Origin: Vicugna vicugna
Taxonomy: Eukaryota
DNA length: 64,000 nucleotides
Direction of reading: 5' to 3'
NCBI GenBank assembly: GCA_013265495.1
Contig: MU058252.1
Span: 2,328,244 to 2,392,243 of the forward strand
Made by a program: the position numbers and the translations under genes. This document shows, in pieces, positions 1 to 11,260 of this stretch; position 1 is the stretch's first letter, and the number at the start of each line of letters is the position of its first letter. Below the pieces are notes generated by a model, which saw only the letters and a program-made list of their open reading frames with translations, had not been told where the DNA came from and made no database searches.

Positions 1-904
1 AATGTGCACCGTGCGCGTGTGTGTGCGCACAGCCCTCTTTTAAGGGATGGAGCAAAAGTGAACCAGAGAAAACACGCAGACCCTAAGTATCGCGTCCTCT
101 AAGTAGGGCCCTGTGCCGCCGTCCACGTGCTGGGGAGGATGGAGAATTAGACCGCAGGCTGATGAAGGTAGGGGCTGCGTGTAAGAGACGGTTACCTCAC
201 GTCGGATTCCAGAGCGTTTCCGTAGTCTGCCCTGCAAACATGCCTGGTTCACTTTTGACATCTCTTGAAATAGAAGGAAAGCTATAAAAACAGAGAACTC
301 AGTGAAGGTGGCTAACTTGCTTGGGTTTTCCTGTCTTACGACACTTTTTTAAGGGTTAGTATCTAAACCCCAGGGTCTGAGTAAAAAAGCACAATTTTTG
401 GAAATATTCCGGTGATATTTGTGAAAGTACCTGGCCCATTATTTATATTTTAATAGTTGCTGGGAACTCAGGGTAACATTTTGTTTTTAAAAAATGTAAA
501 CCAGGTTAACAGCTGGATTGTCACAGACCACTGGTTGTTTTCTTTTAATAATACTTGATTTAGTAATAAACAGATGTTCCTGGGTTCAATGGCGTCAGAT
601 GAATTAATCACATCAGCATTGGCTTTATTCCTCCTTAAAGAGGACTTTAAAAAAATAGAAATGTAGCTTTGCCAAATGCCCAATAATTTGGAGGACTTAA
701 AAAAAATCTGGCTTTCTCACATGTAATGCATCTGTAGATTCTGATAATACTTCAGCTAAGCTGATATCAGGAATTTAGGTGAAGTGGCAAAAAAAAAGTC
801 CCCAGCATCCGTTGCCAAGGGAACAGAGGACGATTACCTGCCTGTGATTCATTGTGCTTCTCCGCAGGTCAGCAGGGGAGGCGGGAAAAGAGCTGCTCAG
901 ACAG

Positions 905-1045
905 TTCCAGTCCCAGGTTCAGATCCCGGCTCTACCACAGACTTATTATAGGGAAGAAAATCTTTCAGCCTCACTTCACTTCTCTTGTTGTAAAATGAGA
1001 CCGATTACTACGTGTATTCCTCAGAGGAAAGTTGGGATCTATCTA
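905..1045 (+). mobile_element. MIR SINE fragment (ancient)
   Basis: ggttcagatcccggctctaccac...ttctcttgttgtaaaatgag...cctcagaggaaagttggga resembles the MIR core; boundaries approximate. Confidence 0.55.
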
Positions 1046-1876
1046 TTAACTTATGAAATTTCTATTAACTTATGAAAAGGTCCTGGAAAACTTCCGGTTG
1101 TTTCACGAGTGATCGTCTGTATGCCATGCCCGTGAGTAGATGTCTTAGCTCTAACGCACGTGCCCGCAGCTTCCCCTTCAACGTTTGCACTTGCTTTTCT
1201 AAGACTGGTTTTTCCTGAGTGGCATATTTAATCATGGAGGCCCTGCAAAATTCTTCAAGAAAATAACCAAGACAGTTTTCTACATTAAAATCCATCTTGA
1301 ACAAGAATGGCTCCCTGCTTAACAGAAAATGAAACCTGGAAGCACCGAGCATCCTTCAGATAGTTTGGTTAATTGACATTACGGGAAACCGTGTTCGTAA
1401 CGTTCACTCAAACCGTATCCGTGGACCAATCTCTGAAAATTGGCGAATGAAGTGCAGTTTATTAAGGTAATGTCATGGTATTAATCAGTGGCCGTTATCC
1501 CTTCATCCTACCTTGAAACTGTCCTCTCTGAGATAACGGAGGCTGGAGATAAATGCATGGTATCAAATAAGTGTGCTTTAATGTAAAGCTAATCAAGAAC
1601 AGCGCGGTATAAAGCAGCAGCTCGTCTTCTCCACGCGTGTGTGTGCACGCTTGTCGCTTTTTGCTGACATAGGTTCAGCGATCATGTGATGAGCTGCAAC
1701 TTGAGAGGCTGTAAAAGGGGGAACTATCCCAATCAGGGTTCACAAGGGTGACCCCTAACGAGTGAGTTATGTATACAGATTGTATTTATAGGCCACTGAG
1801 ATTTCCCGGGGGGGGGCGGTGCTGGCAGGAGAAAGGAGAGACCTGCCATTTGCCTACTGTGTGCCCGCATTCTATT

Positions 1877-2376
1877 TTTAATTTTTAACTTTTTAAAATC
1901 AAAGTATAGTCAGTTACCATGTGTCAATTTATGGTGCACAACACAATGTCCCAGTCATGCATATGCATACATATAGTCCTCTTCATATTCTTTTTCATTA
2001 AAGGTTATTGCAAGATACTGAACGTAGGTCCCTGTGCTATACAGAAGAAATTTGGTTTTTTATCTATTTATATATATATATATATAAAACCCCCAAATTT
2101 ACCCCTTCCCACCCTGTTTCCCCCAGTAACCATAGATTGTTTATTATGTCTGTGAGTCTGTTTCTGTTTTGTAGATGAGTTCATTAATGTCCTCTTTTTT
2201 CTTTTTTCCTTTTTTTTTTGATTCCATATATGAGTGATATCATATGGTATTTTTCTTTCTCTTTCTGGCTTACTTCACTTAGAATGGTGATCTCCAGGGA
2301 CATTTATGTTGCTGCAAATGGCGTTATTTCATTCTTTTTTATAGCTGAGTAGTATTCCACTGTATAAATATACCAC
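1877..2376 (-). mobile_element. Young L1 3' end (ORF2 tail + 3'UTR + A-tail), 5'-truncated
   Basis: Reverse complement closely matches the + strand L1 copy at 28455-29298 (tggaatactactcagc..., gactgggacatt..., gactatactt...); A-tail appears as T-rich 1877-1894. Confidence 0.95.
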
Positions 2377-2394
2377 TAAGCTATACCCTCCCCC
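2371..2394 (-). mobile_element. 5' head (A-box part only) of the tRNA-derived SINE, fused to the L1 fragment
   Basis: Reverse complement GGGGGAGGGTATAGCTTAGTGGTA matches the heads of the SINEs at 41670 and 58728. Confidence 0.75.
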
Positions 2395-2424
2395 TGCCCA
2401 CATCCTAATACATTCTCTTCCTCT

Positions 2425-2550
2425 AGCCTCATCATAAACCTGTGGAAACTGAGTCTTAGACTGTGACCTGCCCAAGGCCTCCCGGTTAGCTCAAGGCAGA
2501 AGCACAGTGAGAACGCAGAGCTTTCTGACATCAAAACCCGTGCTTCTCCC
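2425..2550 (-). mobile_element. MIR fragment
   Basis: gtggaaactgagtcttaga...tgacctgcccaaggc...ctgacatcaaaacccgtgct is typical antisense MIR. Confidence 0.55.
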
Positions 2551-2635
2551 CCTCCCCTGGTTCCCCTGTCAGGACGCTGTGTTTCCGTCCTTCAGTTCCA
2601 GCTGCTCAGTCTTCATCAAAGTAGGATGCAGACAC

Positions 2636-2860
2636 TAAATTTATGGAAACTTACAAACATAGGTAAAGCAGAGGGATTTACACAATAAACTCGTCACATC
2701 ATTGTCCAGCTGTATGTGGTTATCAGCACTTGGTCAGTCTCCCTTCAAACATTTCACTATCACTGGTATCTTGAGACAAATCCAAGATATCATGTAGTTT
2801 CCACTAAAAATATTTCATGACTCGATGTCCCTGGTCCCATATGTGTCCCGTTTTATGCTA
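2636..2860 (-). mobile_element. Old L1MC/L1ME-type 3' end fragment
   Basis: tttatggaaacttacaaacatag...ttgagacaaatccaagatatcat...aaatatttc resembles old L1M 3' termini. Confidence 0.45.
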
Positions 2861-3189
2861 GTAGGTTCTAGAACATCTTCACGCGAGAGTGTAAAACGGT
2901 CCCTCCCTCTTGTTAATGAAAAACAGATTATTGGGGAAAAGGGTGGGGAGGTTCTTCTTTCTTCAACTTCCCTAGGTTTTGCAAGGAAAAACCCAGCCAA
3001 GGAAATTAGCCGGGAAGTCTCAATCCCTCAAAAACAGAAAAATCAGCAGTTTTAAGGAGACCCATATAATTCTCTTGGAAGGTTAAAGTTTGCATCCTCA
3101 CGACCAATAGAGATGCGTGCTAATTTTAGAGGGGAAAAAAGGGGATTATGTACTTTTGAAGTGTGGACAGCAGAGGGCAGAGTTTACCG

Positions 3190-3285
3190 ATTGGATTCTG
3201 TTTTCCGGCAACGAGGCTTGGGGAAGAAAAGCTGCCGTGCACATGAAATTCTTGCCCAGGCCAATCGAGAGAAATGATTACGTAA
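3190..3285. promoter_or_regulatory. Candidate enhancer motif cluster (two CCAAT boxes, X-box-like site, PAR-bZIP palindrome)
   Basis: ATTGG 3190-3194, GTTTTCCGGCAAC 3200-3212, CCAAT 3261-3265, TTACGTAA 3278-3285; motif match only. Confidence 0.3.
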
Positions 3286-5179
3286 AGGAAAACGGGCGAG
3301 GTGGCCGGGCCCGCATCAGGTTCCAGTGCTGCTGGTTCCCATAAATTCTGTGCATCGTTTCAGGATTTTCCTGGGAGGGGCTCTGCTTTGGAGAATCCAG
3401 TGCTTCTCACTGATGTTTGTTTATTTCGTGAGAAATAAAAGCCCGTCCAGGGGCCTGGCCCCCACGACCCCCACAGCATCCGTGGAGCAGCCGGGATGCT
3501 CCACTGAGCTGAGCGAAATATTCTGGGAAGCGTCCTGGGCTTCACCGCAAACCTGCAGAGCGGTCACAAACAACGGGCCGTGAGAGAGCTCCCTGGCTGT
3601 GCATTTGCAGTGTGCGGGTCTGCCCTGGCTCCGGGCTTCCGGCGCAGAGTTGGGTCATTGCTGCCAACACCCTTCCTGCAGCACAGTGGGAAGAGGGCAG
3701 GTAGGTGCCCTCCTCCCTGTTACTGGTTCTCACAGGCTCTTGCTGGCAAGTGTAGTTCTCCCCACTGTCCTCCAGGGGTTAGGCAGTCCTGAGTCCGAGG
3801 TGGGGAAGAACAGCCTGGAGCCGCACTCTCTCACCTGGGGACTCGTCCAGCACCAGGCTCATGAGCTCAGAAGCGTGGGTTTGATGCACAGGTGGGCTGA
3901 CCAGTGTGGCATGGACGGACACGTCCGTCAGAAGCTGGATGAGCCCTGACTCTGGTCATGTGACCCTAGGCTTGGAGGGGACAGACCTGGACCCCCAACC
4001 TCTGCCCATACAGGCCCCGCGCCTGTCAGAGCTGGTGATCGTGAGGAGCACGTGAGGTGTCCATCACCCTTCCTGACCATCCTCCCGCCTCCCACTTGTC
4101 ACCATCTCTGGCCCATGTCTGCTGACCCTGGGACCATGGTGTGGCCGCCCCTCGGCTTCCTCCTGTCTGCCACGTCCCTCGGTTCCAGAGAAGGGAGAGC
4201 TCGGACCTGCACGTGCTGAGTACGGCCAGCTGGTCCTTCCCGGCCCGGGCGCTCAGCACCCCCTGGCTCATGCCTCTGTTCTGGTACCTTCCACGGCCCC
4301 CTGTCCCTCTGCCTATGGCCTCTTCCCTCTGCCCGGATGTCCTCCCTTTGGGGAGCTCCTGCTGGTCCGCCTCCTCCTTCCCTAAGTCTGGGTCCCATGG
4401 GAGGAATTATCAGAGCCTCCGCTTCTCCTGTCGCCCCACGGTCTCTGGGTTATTTCCTGATGACCTGTATGGTTTGTGTGGAGAGTGATTTTCTTAAATA
4501 TCAGTCATGCCCACCAGCCCTTGAGAATCTCAAGGAGTAAGACTGTCTCACATTTGTAGCTGCACAAAAGCTTGTGAAGAATAGCTGAGAGGACGCAGTG
4601 AGAGCCCTAACACGTGGAGGGCAGTGCGAGGAAGAAGGCCTTTAGTTCTCGGCTTCAGATTCCCCGGCGTCCGTTAGCTCTGAGCCCCGGGCACTAGACG
4701 AGGATTCTAAGGAGACACCCGTATTCCTGGATGGAAGAATTTGTCAGTATTTAATTCATTAAGAACATGTTATTATTTTTAAAATAATGCCAGTTCTATA
4801 CCCATTGGATCAAGTCAAATTTCCTCCATAAAAATTTCAGTTGGTGTTTTTTCTCTCATGAAACTTATGCTGATTCTAAATCCAGGTAGCAAGTCCCAGA
4901 AAAAAAAATTCTATGAGTAAACAAAAAAGGCACATGTGTGCCTGTATTTTGGGAAAAAATGCATATAAATAGACCTGGGGCAAATGTGCCCGACAGCAAC
5001 CAGTGATAGGTGGTCTTCGGGGAAACAGAACGGGAAGGAGGAAGACAGCATTTGTTACGATCTGTGCTGTGTGAGTTGTGACTTTTTGCGCATTAATGAT
5101 GAAACCCAGCGAGCGCCAACACTGTGGAAGCACCGGAGACCCAGACTGACCACAGGCAGGAGCACGCTTCCGTCTGACT

Positions 5180-5285
5180 AGGAGCCGGCGCCTTGGTGGT
5201 TGTGACTACGGGGCCCAGGGTGCGGGGCGGGCGGCGCGGGCCGCGGGCAGCGACGGCTCGTTCTTGCTGCGGGCTGGGCTCGTTT
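5180..5285. other. Short CpG-dense patch with GC box
   Basis: gcggggcgggcggcgcgggccgcgggcagcgacggctcg; too short for a formal CpG island. Confidence 0.4.
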
Positions 5286-5489
5286 CAGACAGTTTTCAAA
5301 CATAAATTCACCGAACCCTTACAGCCACCCTTGAATGCTTTAGGAGAACTAGGGAAAGAAAGGTTAAAAGGCCAACTTGCATGTGAGTAACAGGCCTAGA
5401 AGAGTAGTTGTCACAATCGGTGGGAACGCATTATTATTTAGTAAATATAAATTGTTTACCAATATAGAAAAATATATAATTTGTTTTCT

Positions 5490-6590
5490 TCTTCCTTCTA
5501 TGCTAAAAAATAATCCATAGGAATTAAAGAGTATTTTTTTTTAATTTTTAGGAGAAAGTACGGAACATCTCTATAGAAATTGGGGCATGGAATGATTTCT
5601 CAGACAACACACAAAAGTGCAAGTGATAAAGGAAAAAAATGAATATTTTTCTGTATGACAGAAGACAGGAGATTGACAAAAAACCACAGACCAGATGAAC
5701 ATACAACTGCACATATAACTGATCCAGAATTAGCATCCATCACGTATAAATTAGGAATCAGTAATTAATAGATAAACAACCGAATCGGGATGCTCTCAAT
5801 GGGCACAGATTTGGAAACCAGAGTGGCTAATAGACTTCTCAAAAGAGCCCCAGTCTCACCGGCAGTCAGAAAAGTGCAAATAAAAATAATGAGGCACAGA
5901 CTAGATTTCAAAGATGTAAAACATCTAAAATTTTGATGATATGGGGGAAAATGAATTCATACATGTTGCCGGCAGTAGGAGAAGCTGGCACAACTACTCC
6001 TGAAGGCAGTTCCGAGTTCTCGCTGACGGGAGCTCTGTCTAATGAGGAGTGGGGTTGTTCACGTGCCACACCCAGCGCTTCTCTCTCCAGGCAGATTCCT
6101 GGAGTAAACGGAAGTATTTATTCGTAATCACAGAAGACAAAACAGTTCAACGTTTGTAAATAGGGAATTCGTAAATCAGAATATTCACAAAATGGAATAC
6201 CATACAACGATCAAGTGCATGCACTAGATGTTTTGGTTCCCCAAGGATAAATCTCAGAAACAACCCTTTGCAGCATGATAAAGATGACGTACATGATATG
6301 ACACCATCTAGGTCAAGACTGAGTCACACGAAGCCGTTACTGTTCATTGTTGCCAACATACGAAGGTGAATAAGCACAGGATGCGATGATGTGCTCCACC
6401 TGCAGGCCACGGGGTATTTGGGGAGGGAGAGGGGATGAGCGTAGCGACCTGCAGTGGGCTTCAGCTGTTTCGAAGAGTCTTTTTTAAACAGTATTATTGC
6501 AAATACAACCAGGTGGCAGCATCTTAACCCGTGAGTGTGAGTCGTATTGCTCTGCATAGGAAATACAATTTCCTATTTCACAAGTTTAAA
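5490..6590 (+). mobile_element. Old degenerate L1ME-type fragments (ORF2 C-terminal region to 3'UTR)
   Basis: Collinear L1 motifs: aatgatttctcagacaacacacaaaagtgcaagtgataaaggaaaaaa; gtcagaaaagtgcaaataaaaataatgagg; atattcacaaaatggaatacc. Confidence 0.6.
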
Positions 6591-8164
6591 AGAGTGAGGG
6601 CGAGTTTTAAAAGAAATGCAGTAACGTCATGTCAGATACCACTGGTTTCAGTGAGGAGAGGGAAGGTCCCGCCCCCAGAGCGGTGCGTGCAGAGGGCCGG
6701 GCGGGGCGTGCGGGGGTGCCTTGGCCAGAAAGGGCCCCCCGAAGCAGCCTTGGTACTGGAGACACTGACCAGACACTCCCGGCTCCGTCAGCCTGCCAGG
6801 ACATCATTTCCACCTTCAGGTTACTGGGGACCACCTTGCTGTGAGTATCGGGGCCTATGCCGTGGCTCCTCCAAGGGCCTGATGCTGAAAAGAAACCAGC
6901 CAAGCAGGAGGGGAGGGTCGAGAACTCAGGACTGGGGCTGGCTCCCCCTCCTCCTATAATTAGAGGGTTGCTCTGAGTAAATAGATCTATTTTCTTGAAA
7001 AGAAATACAAGCCGGGAGAGATGCATGTGTTGGAGTGGGCAGCCCTCTCTGAGCCTACACTCCCCTTGCTTTGGCAGATGATTTTAATGCCCCTTTCCTA
7101 ACTTAGGTCCACAGAGAGTAAAATTGTGTCCATATACCATTTTTTCAAAAATTCAATATAAGTGAAATAAAATAAAATTTTTATAATAGCCCATGCTTCA
7201 GCATCTAAGCGTTCAGGCCCCGAGTGCCGGCGGTGCCCTGCTGCAGCGCAACAGCTGTGCTGGGGAGTCAGGGCTCGTTCCTGCGTGTGAAGAATACACC
7301 TGGGGGAAGAGAAAGAGGGAGACTGGAAATCATGAGAAATTGGGAAAAGGAAAGACCAGATAATATAGATGAACCCTGGGGTAAAAAGGTGTCAGGGTAA
7401 GTGAGGATAGACTTGTTTTATTTGTGTGCAAAAGGGAAAAGATGCGGTGAGGGCTGCACCCCCAGACAGGGTGCAGGTCGGCAGGTGGAGAAAGCGGGGG
7501 CGGGGAGACTCTGGCTGACAAGTCAGGTCCTGTTTTCCAGTGTGACATCAAACCAGTGTCTTCTGTGCCTGTGACATGGCTGGGTGAGGAGCCGCCTCCC
7601 GGGGATCCCACCACCTGTCAAGGCGGACGTCCTGTCTCTGCACTTAATAAGGCCTTGGAGATGGCATCCTGGGTGCGCAGTGCGGGAAAGAACCAGAAAT
7701 AACAGAGAAGCTGTGTGGTAGGCCCCAAGGACCCTGTCAGGGAAAGACTGAGAAGCGAGACGACCCGCCCGCCCCAAGAATTAATTTCAGTGCGTAATTG
7801 TTACAACATAGATTCACCATTGTGCTGCAGTTTTTAGATACGTAGGAAACACTACGAAATACTTTTGAACAACCTTCCTGACAAAATTTGTGGACACCTC
7901 TACGTTTCGTGTGCTTCCGTTGAAAATAATATTTGGTTCTAAGGATGCTCACGTGCAACCAAGGTGATTTAAAATCCCTTTGGGCTGTCTCGCTGTGTGG
8001 TAACTGGGCCTCTGAGCCGAAAGCCCCCACTTTGTAGTTGAAACTGCCACGAAGCCCTCACTAGACAGAACGTATAGGAAGAAACCAGTTCCGTCTCTGT
8101 AACTAGCTTGTTCCATCCCTGGGCCCTTCGTTTGTTACCTTGTAAGACCCCTCGGGGTCATCAT

Positions 8165-8295
8165 ACACCGCAGGACCCCCGGCGGGCCTTCTGCGGGCCG
8201 ACCCGGCCTGCCGGACTCCGCGCCGCGGCCACGCGGCCTCCCCCCGTGCGGGATGGGGCCTCGGCCTCTCCTCGGCGCCCCGGCGGACTCCTGCC
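8165..8295. other. CpG-dense patch (orphan CpG-island-like)
   Basis: ccggcgggccttctgcgggccgacccggcctgccggactccgcgccgcggccacgcgg...cggcgccccggcgg. Confidence 0.45.
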
Positions 8296-8873
8296 CTCCT
8301 TGTGATGACTTTGCTCTTCATTCCAAAAATGCCTTTTCGTTTGCTGAGCACTTCCTAAGTTTCTCCCAAGAGCTGCTTTTATTCATCACCTGGGCAGTAA
8401 CCACATGAGAGCGAAGGCCGTGTGATGTATTTCCTTTAAAAGCACCTGGTGAACAGGTAGCAGGTGCGCAGAAAACATTTGCTGCGGAGGTGGGCTGCCC
8501 CCACCGCGAGCCCCGAATCGACCACAGCTCTCGTCCTCCTGTTCTTCCACGGCCCGGCAGTGACCGCGTCCTCCCTCAGTCCTCTCTGCTCCTCCTGCGA
8601 CGTCTGTACCCATGGGCCCCTGACCTTGCTGTGTAGCTCATCTCTCTGTGTTGCAAACGTATGTTTTGATTCACTTTTCCCAGCCGGATATTAACTGTGC
8701 CAAAGACACGAGATGATGTCACCTGCTTCTCCTGAATCCTTTAGAGATTCTAGCATCGCTCTGAGAATAGGATGAATGCTCTGAAAAACAGTATGTAAAT
8801 AGAATGATTAAAAATGAAGTCTTTCTTCCTTAATTTATGTTGCAGTTCTCTGAAAAATGAAGTGGATATGTGG

Positions 8874-8907
8874 ACACACACACACACACGCTCTCTCTCT
8901 CTCTCTC
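8874..8907. repeat. Compound microsatellite (AC)n(CT)n
   Basis: Read directly from the sequence. Confidence 0.9.
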
Positions 8908-9184
8908 CACACCTTTTAGGCTTCATTAAACCTACATACATCTTCCACCCTAAGGACGGAGCAAGACTCTAAAATATAAGAAAGATTTAAAATTCTCTTA
9001 GATGATGAGAAATACGGAGGAAAAGTCAAGCTGCTGAATTATTCCCCAAAGCACAGTTAGTGACAAAGCTGTGGGTTGGTTAGGCTTGTTAAAGCTGCGG
9101 CCAAGTGCTTAGTTGAGGAACTGTAAAAATTAGAAACCGGTGTGGGGTATAAATTAAGACTATCTGGAGGCTAGAAAGATTTGG

Positions 9185-9209
9185 GTGTGTGTGTGTGTGT
9201 GTGTGTGTG
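9185..9209. repeat. (GT)n microsatellite, about 12 units
   Basis: Read directly from the sequence. Confidence 0.95.
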
Positions 9210-9246
9210 GTTAACATGTCCACCCAAGTCCTGAAAAATAATGAGT

Positions 9247-9262
9247 GGTTGCCATGGCAACC
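9247..9262. promoter_or_regulatory. Perfect palindromic RFX X-box
   Basis: GGTTGCCATGGCAACC contains the canonical RFX consensus GTTGCCATGGCAAC. Confidence 0.6.
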
Positions 9263-9858
9263 GTGCTTTCACATGACACACGGAAGAACATGAAAAGGGC
9301 TGGAATCAAAGGCAGCCACCTGGTTTTAGACTTTAATTTTGGAGAAAGAAATTCACCCCAAATGATTTCTAAAACAAATTCAATTTTGTTTTCCTTTCAG
9401 AATTCTTATAGGTGGGAAAAATGATTTTCTTTCTCTTTTAAAATTCAAAACACTGGCTGGAATTCCGAAGGAAATGAAAACAATTTCTCTCCATGTCAAA
9501 GGGCCCTGCTCTCCCTCCGCACCCTCATTTGCATCCCCACGCAGCGGCTCTGGAAGCCGTCTTGAGGGTAGCTGTCCTTAAATGGCCACTGATAGATTTT
9601 CACTGAGCGCCTGTTCGCTCTTCAGCGGTTCCTTTTAAAGGAGATGCAGCACGTGACCTTGCTCTCAGGGGTTACTGTCCAGTTGGCTGAACAGCTCTTA
9701 GGAGCCCTTGGACAAAATGTAAAGGCACCAGATGGAGAGAGCAGGAGCTGCTGAAGGAGAAAGAACACGGCTCAGAAAAGGAGGCTCAAGATGAGCGGAC
9801 GGGTGGCGCCTGGGTTCCCCACCGACAGGAGCCTGGAGAAGGACAAGTGGGCGATTCC

Positions 9859-9879
9859 GGGATGGGGATGGGGATGGGG
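9859..9879 (+). other. G-quadruplex-forming motif
   Basis: GGGATGGGGATGGGGATGGGG: four G-runs with 2-nt loops. Confidence 0.5.
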
Positions 9880-10521
9880 CTGCCCAGTGAAATACACAAG
9901 CATGGTCCGTGCGAGGTGGGCTGGGAGCCCTGCACGGCGGGGGTGCAGAGTGAGGACTGGGAAATGTGGGCAAGAGAGAGAAGGGAAGGTCAGGGGCAGG
10001 AGTGACTTCAGGGTCCGGGGACTGGCACGGATCAGTGACAGCGGCAGCTTCTCGGAGGATGGGGTCCAGAGCCCCCTTGCCCCTCCGAGCTGCCTCCTGT
10101 TGCCCCGACTGGTCCCTCAGTGCTGCCCCAACCCCTGTGCCCCCACTGCACCCCTCTCTGGACCGCACAGCCGCATCCAACACCGCTCAGTGCAGTTTGG
10201 TTGCTGGGAGTTAACCGAGCCGGAACACTTCTCCGCCTTTCTTAGCTTTCACGACCTTTACATTTTTGAGTTGTTCTGTACGGTGCCTGTCGACACGATT
10301 TGTCTGGTGTTTCTTCATAATTAGAATTTCGGCCAGGTAGTCCAAGGCATGCTGGGAAGATGGGGACTGAGGTCCTCTCTGGGGTGTGTGTTCTGCACGG
10401 GTCCCCCTCCGTGTGCAGCTCCTGCCGTCTCCTCCTGTCTTCTCATCACTCAGCTTCTGCTGAAACCAGACGCTTAGCAGGTTGGCTGGAGGGTCTGCAG
10501 ACAGCGGTGGCTTGTTCTGTC

Positions 10522-10685
10522 TTTTTTTAAAAAATATTTTATTTATTTATTATTGTATTGTTTAATTATTTTGGTGGAGGGCGGAGCCATTAGGTTTCTT
10601 TATTTTTAGAGGAGGCCCTGGGGAGTGAACCCAGGACCTCGCTCACGCTGAGCACGCGCTCTGCCACTTGGGCAACACCCTCCCC
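10522..10685 (-). mobile_element. tRNA-derived SINE (Vic-1-like), full length
   Basis: Reverse complement ggggagggtgttgcccaagtggcagagcgcgtgctcagcgtgagcgaggtcctgggttcactcccc; TSD ttgttctgtctt 10512-10523 / ttgttcggtctt 10689-10700. Confidence 0.85.
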
Positions 10686-11260
10686 TGTTTGTTCGGTCTT
10701 GATGCTACTGTGGATCCCGCTTCTTAGCTTCACAAAAGCTCAGCTTCGCCCTCCGCTCCTGGCAGCTCTCCCCGAAGCACACGTGGGGCTTCCCGCTTGA
10801 TTTCACAGGAGCCGCTCTTCTCTTTCTGTCCCTTCCAAGTACCTGTAGTGTCTTCAGGCTCCACGCTCAGGACCAGCCAACAGGGCGGCTGTTCTTTTGC
10901 TGAGGACACCCCCAGAGGCTAATTCTGGACAGCCTTCCTGTTTCTGGTGCTCCAGAGCCCACCTGACGCCCCCTGTTCTCTCTCTCTCTCTCCCCTTGGG
11001 CCCCTTGGATTGGCAGCAGAGTGTGAATGCGTTCAGAGAGATTGTTCCCCATTCTGGTCCTGCTGTGGGTGGCCCCCAGGCCAGGCGGTTGCTGGAGATG
11101 CAAAGGAGAGGGGATGTGTGCAACACGAGAGCAACATCGCCGCAGACTGAGGTTTCTCTTAGGACGCAGGTGATACCTCCTGTCTGCATTTCACAAGGAC
11201 CCCGGCAGAGCTGCTCTCATCATCATCACCACCACCACCAACTTCATGAGGTTCACAGCT

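Noticed and set aside
1065..1352. Minus-strand 95-aa ORF with a coiled-coil-looking stretch (EKQVQTLKGKLRARALELRHLL)
   Set aside because: No recognisable homolog or convincing splice boundaries, and the length is within chance range.
1686..1799. Possible C/D-box snoRNA (GTGATGA...CTGA)
   Set aside because: The terminal stem is weak and out of register for a K-turn, and I see no rRNA or snRNA antisense element.
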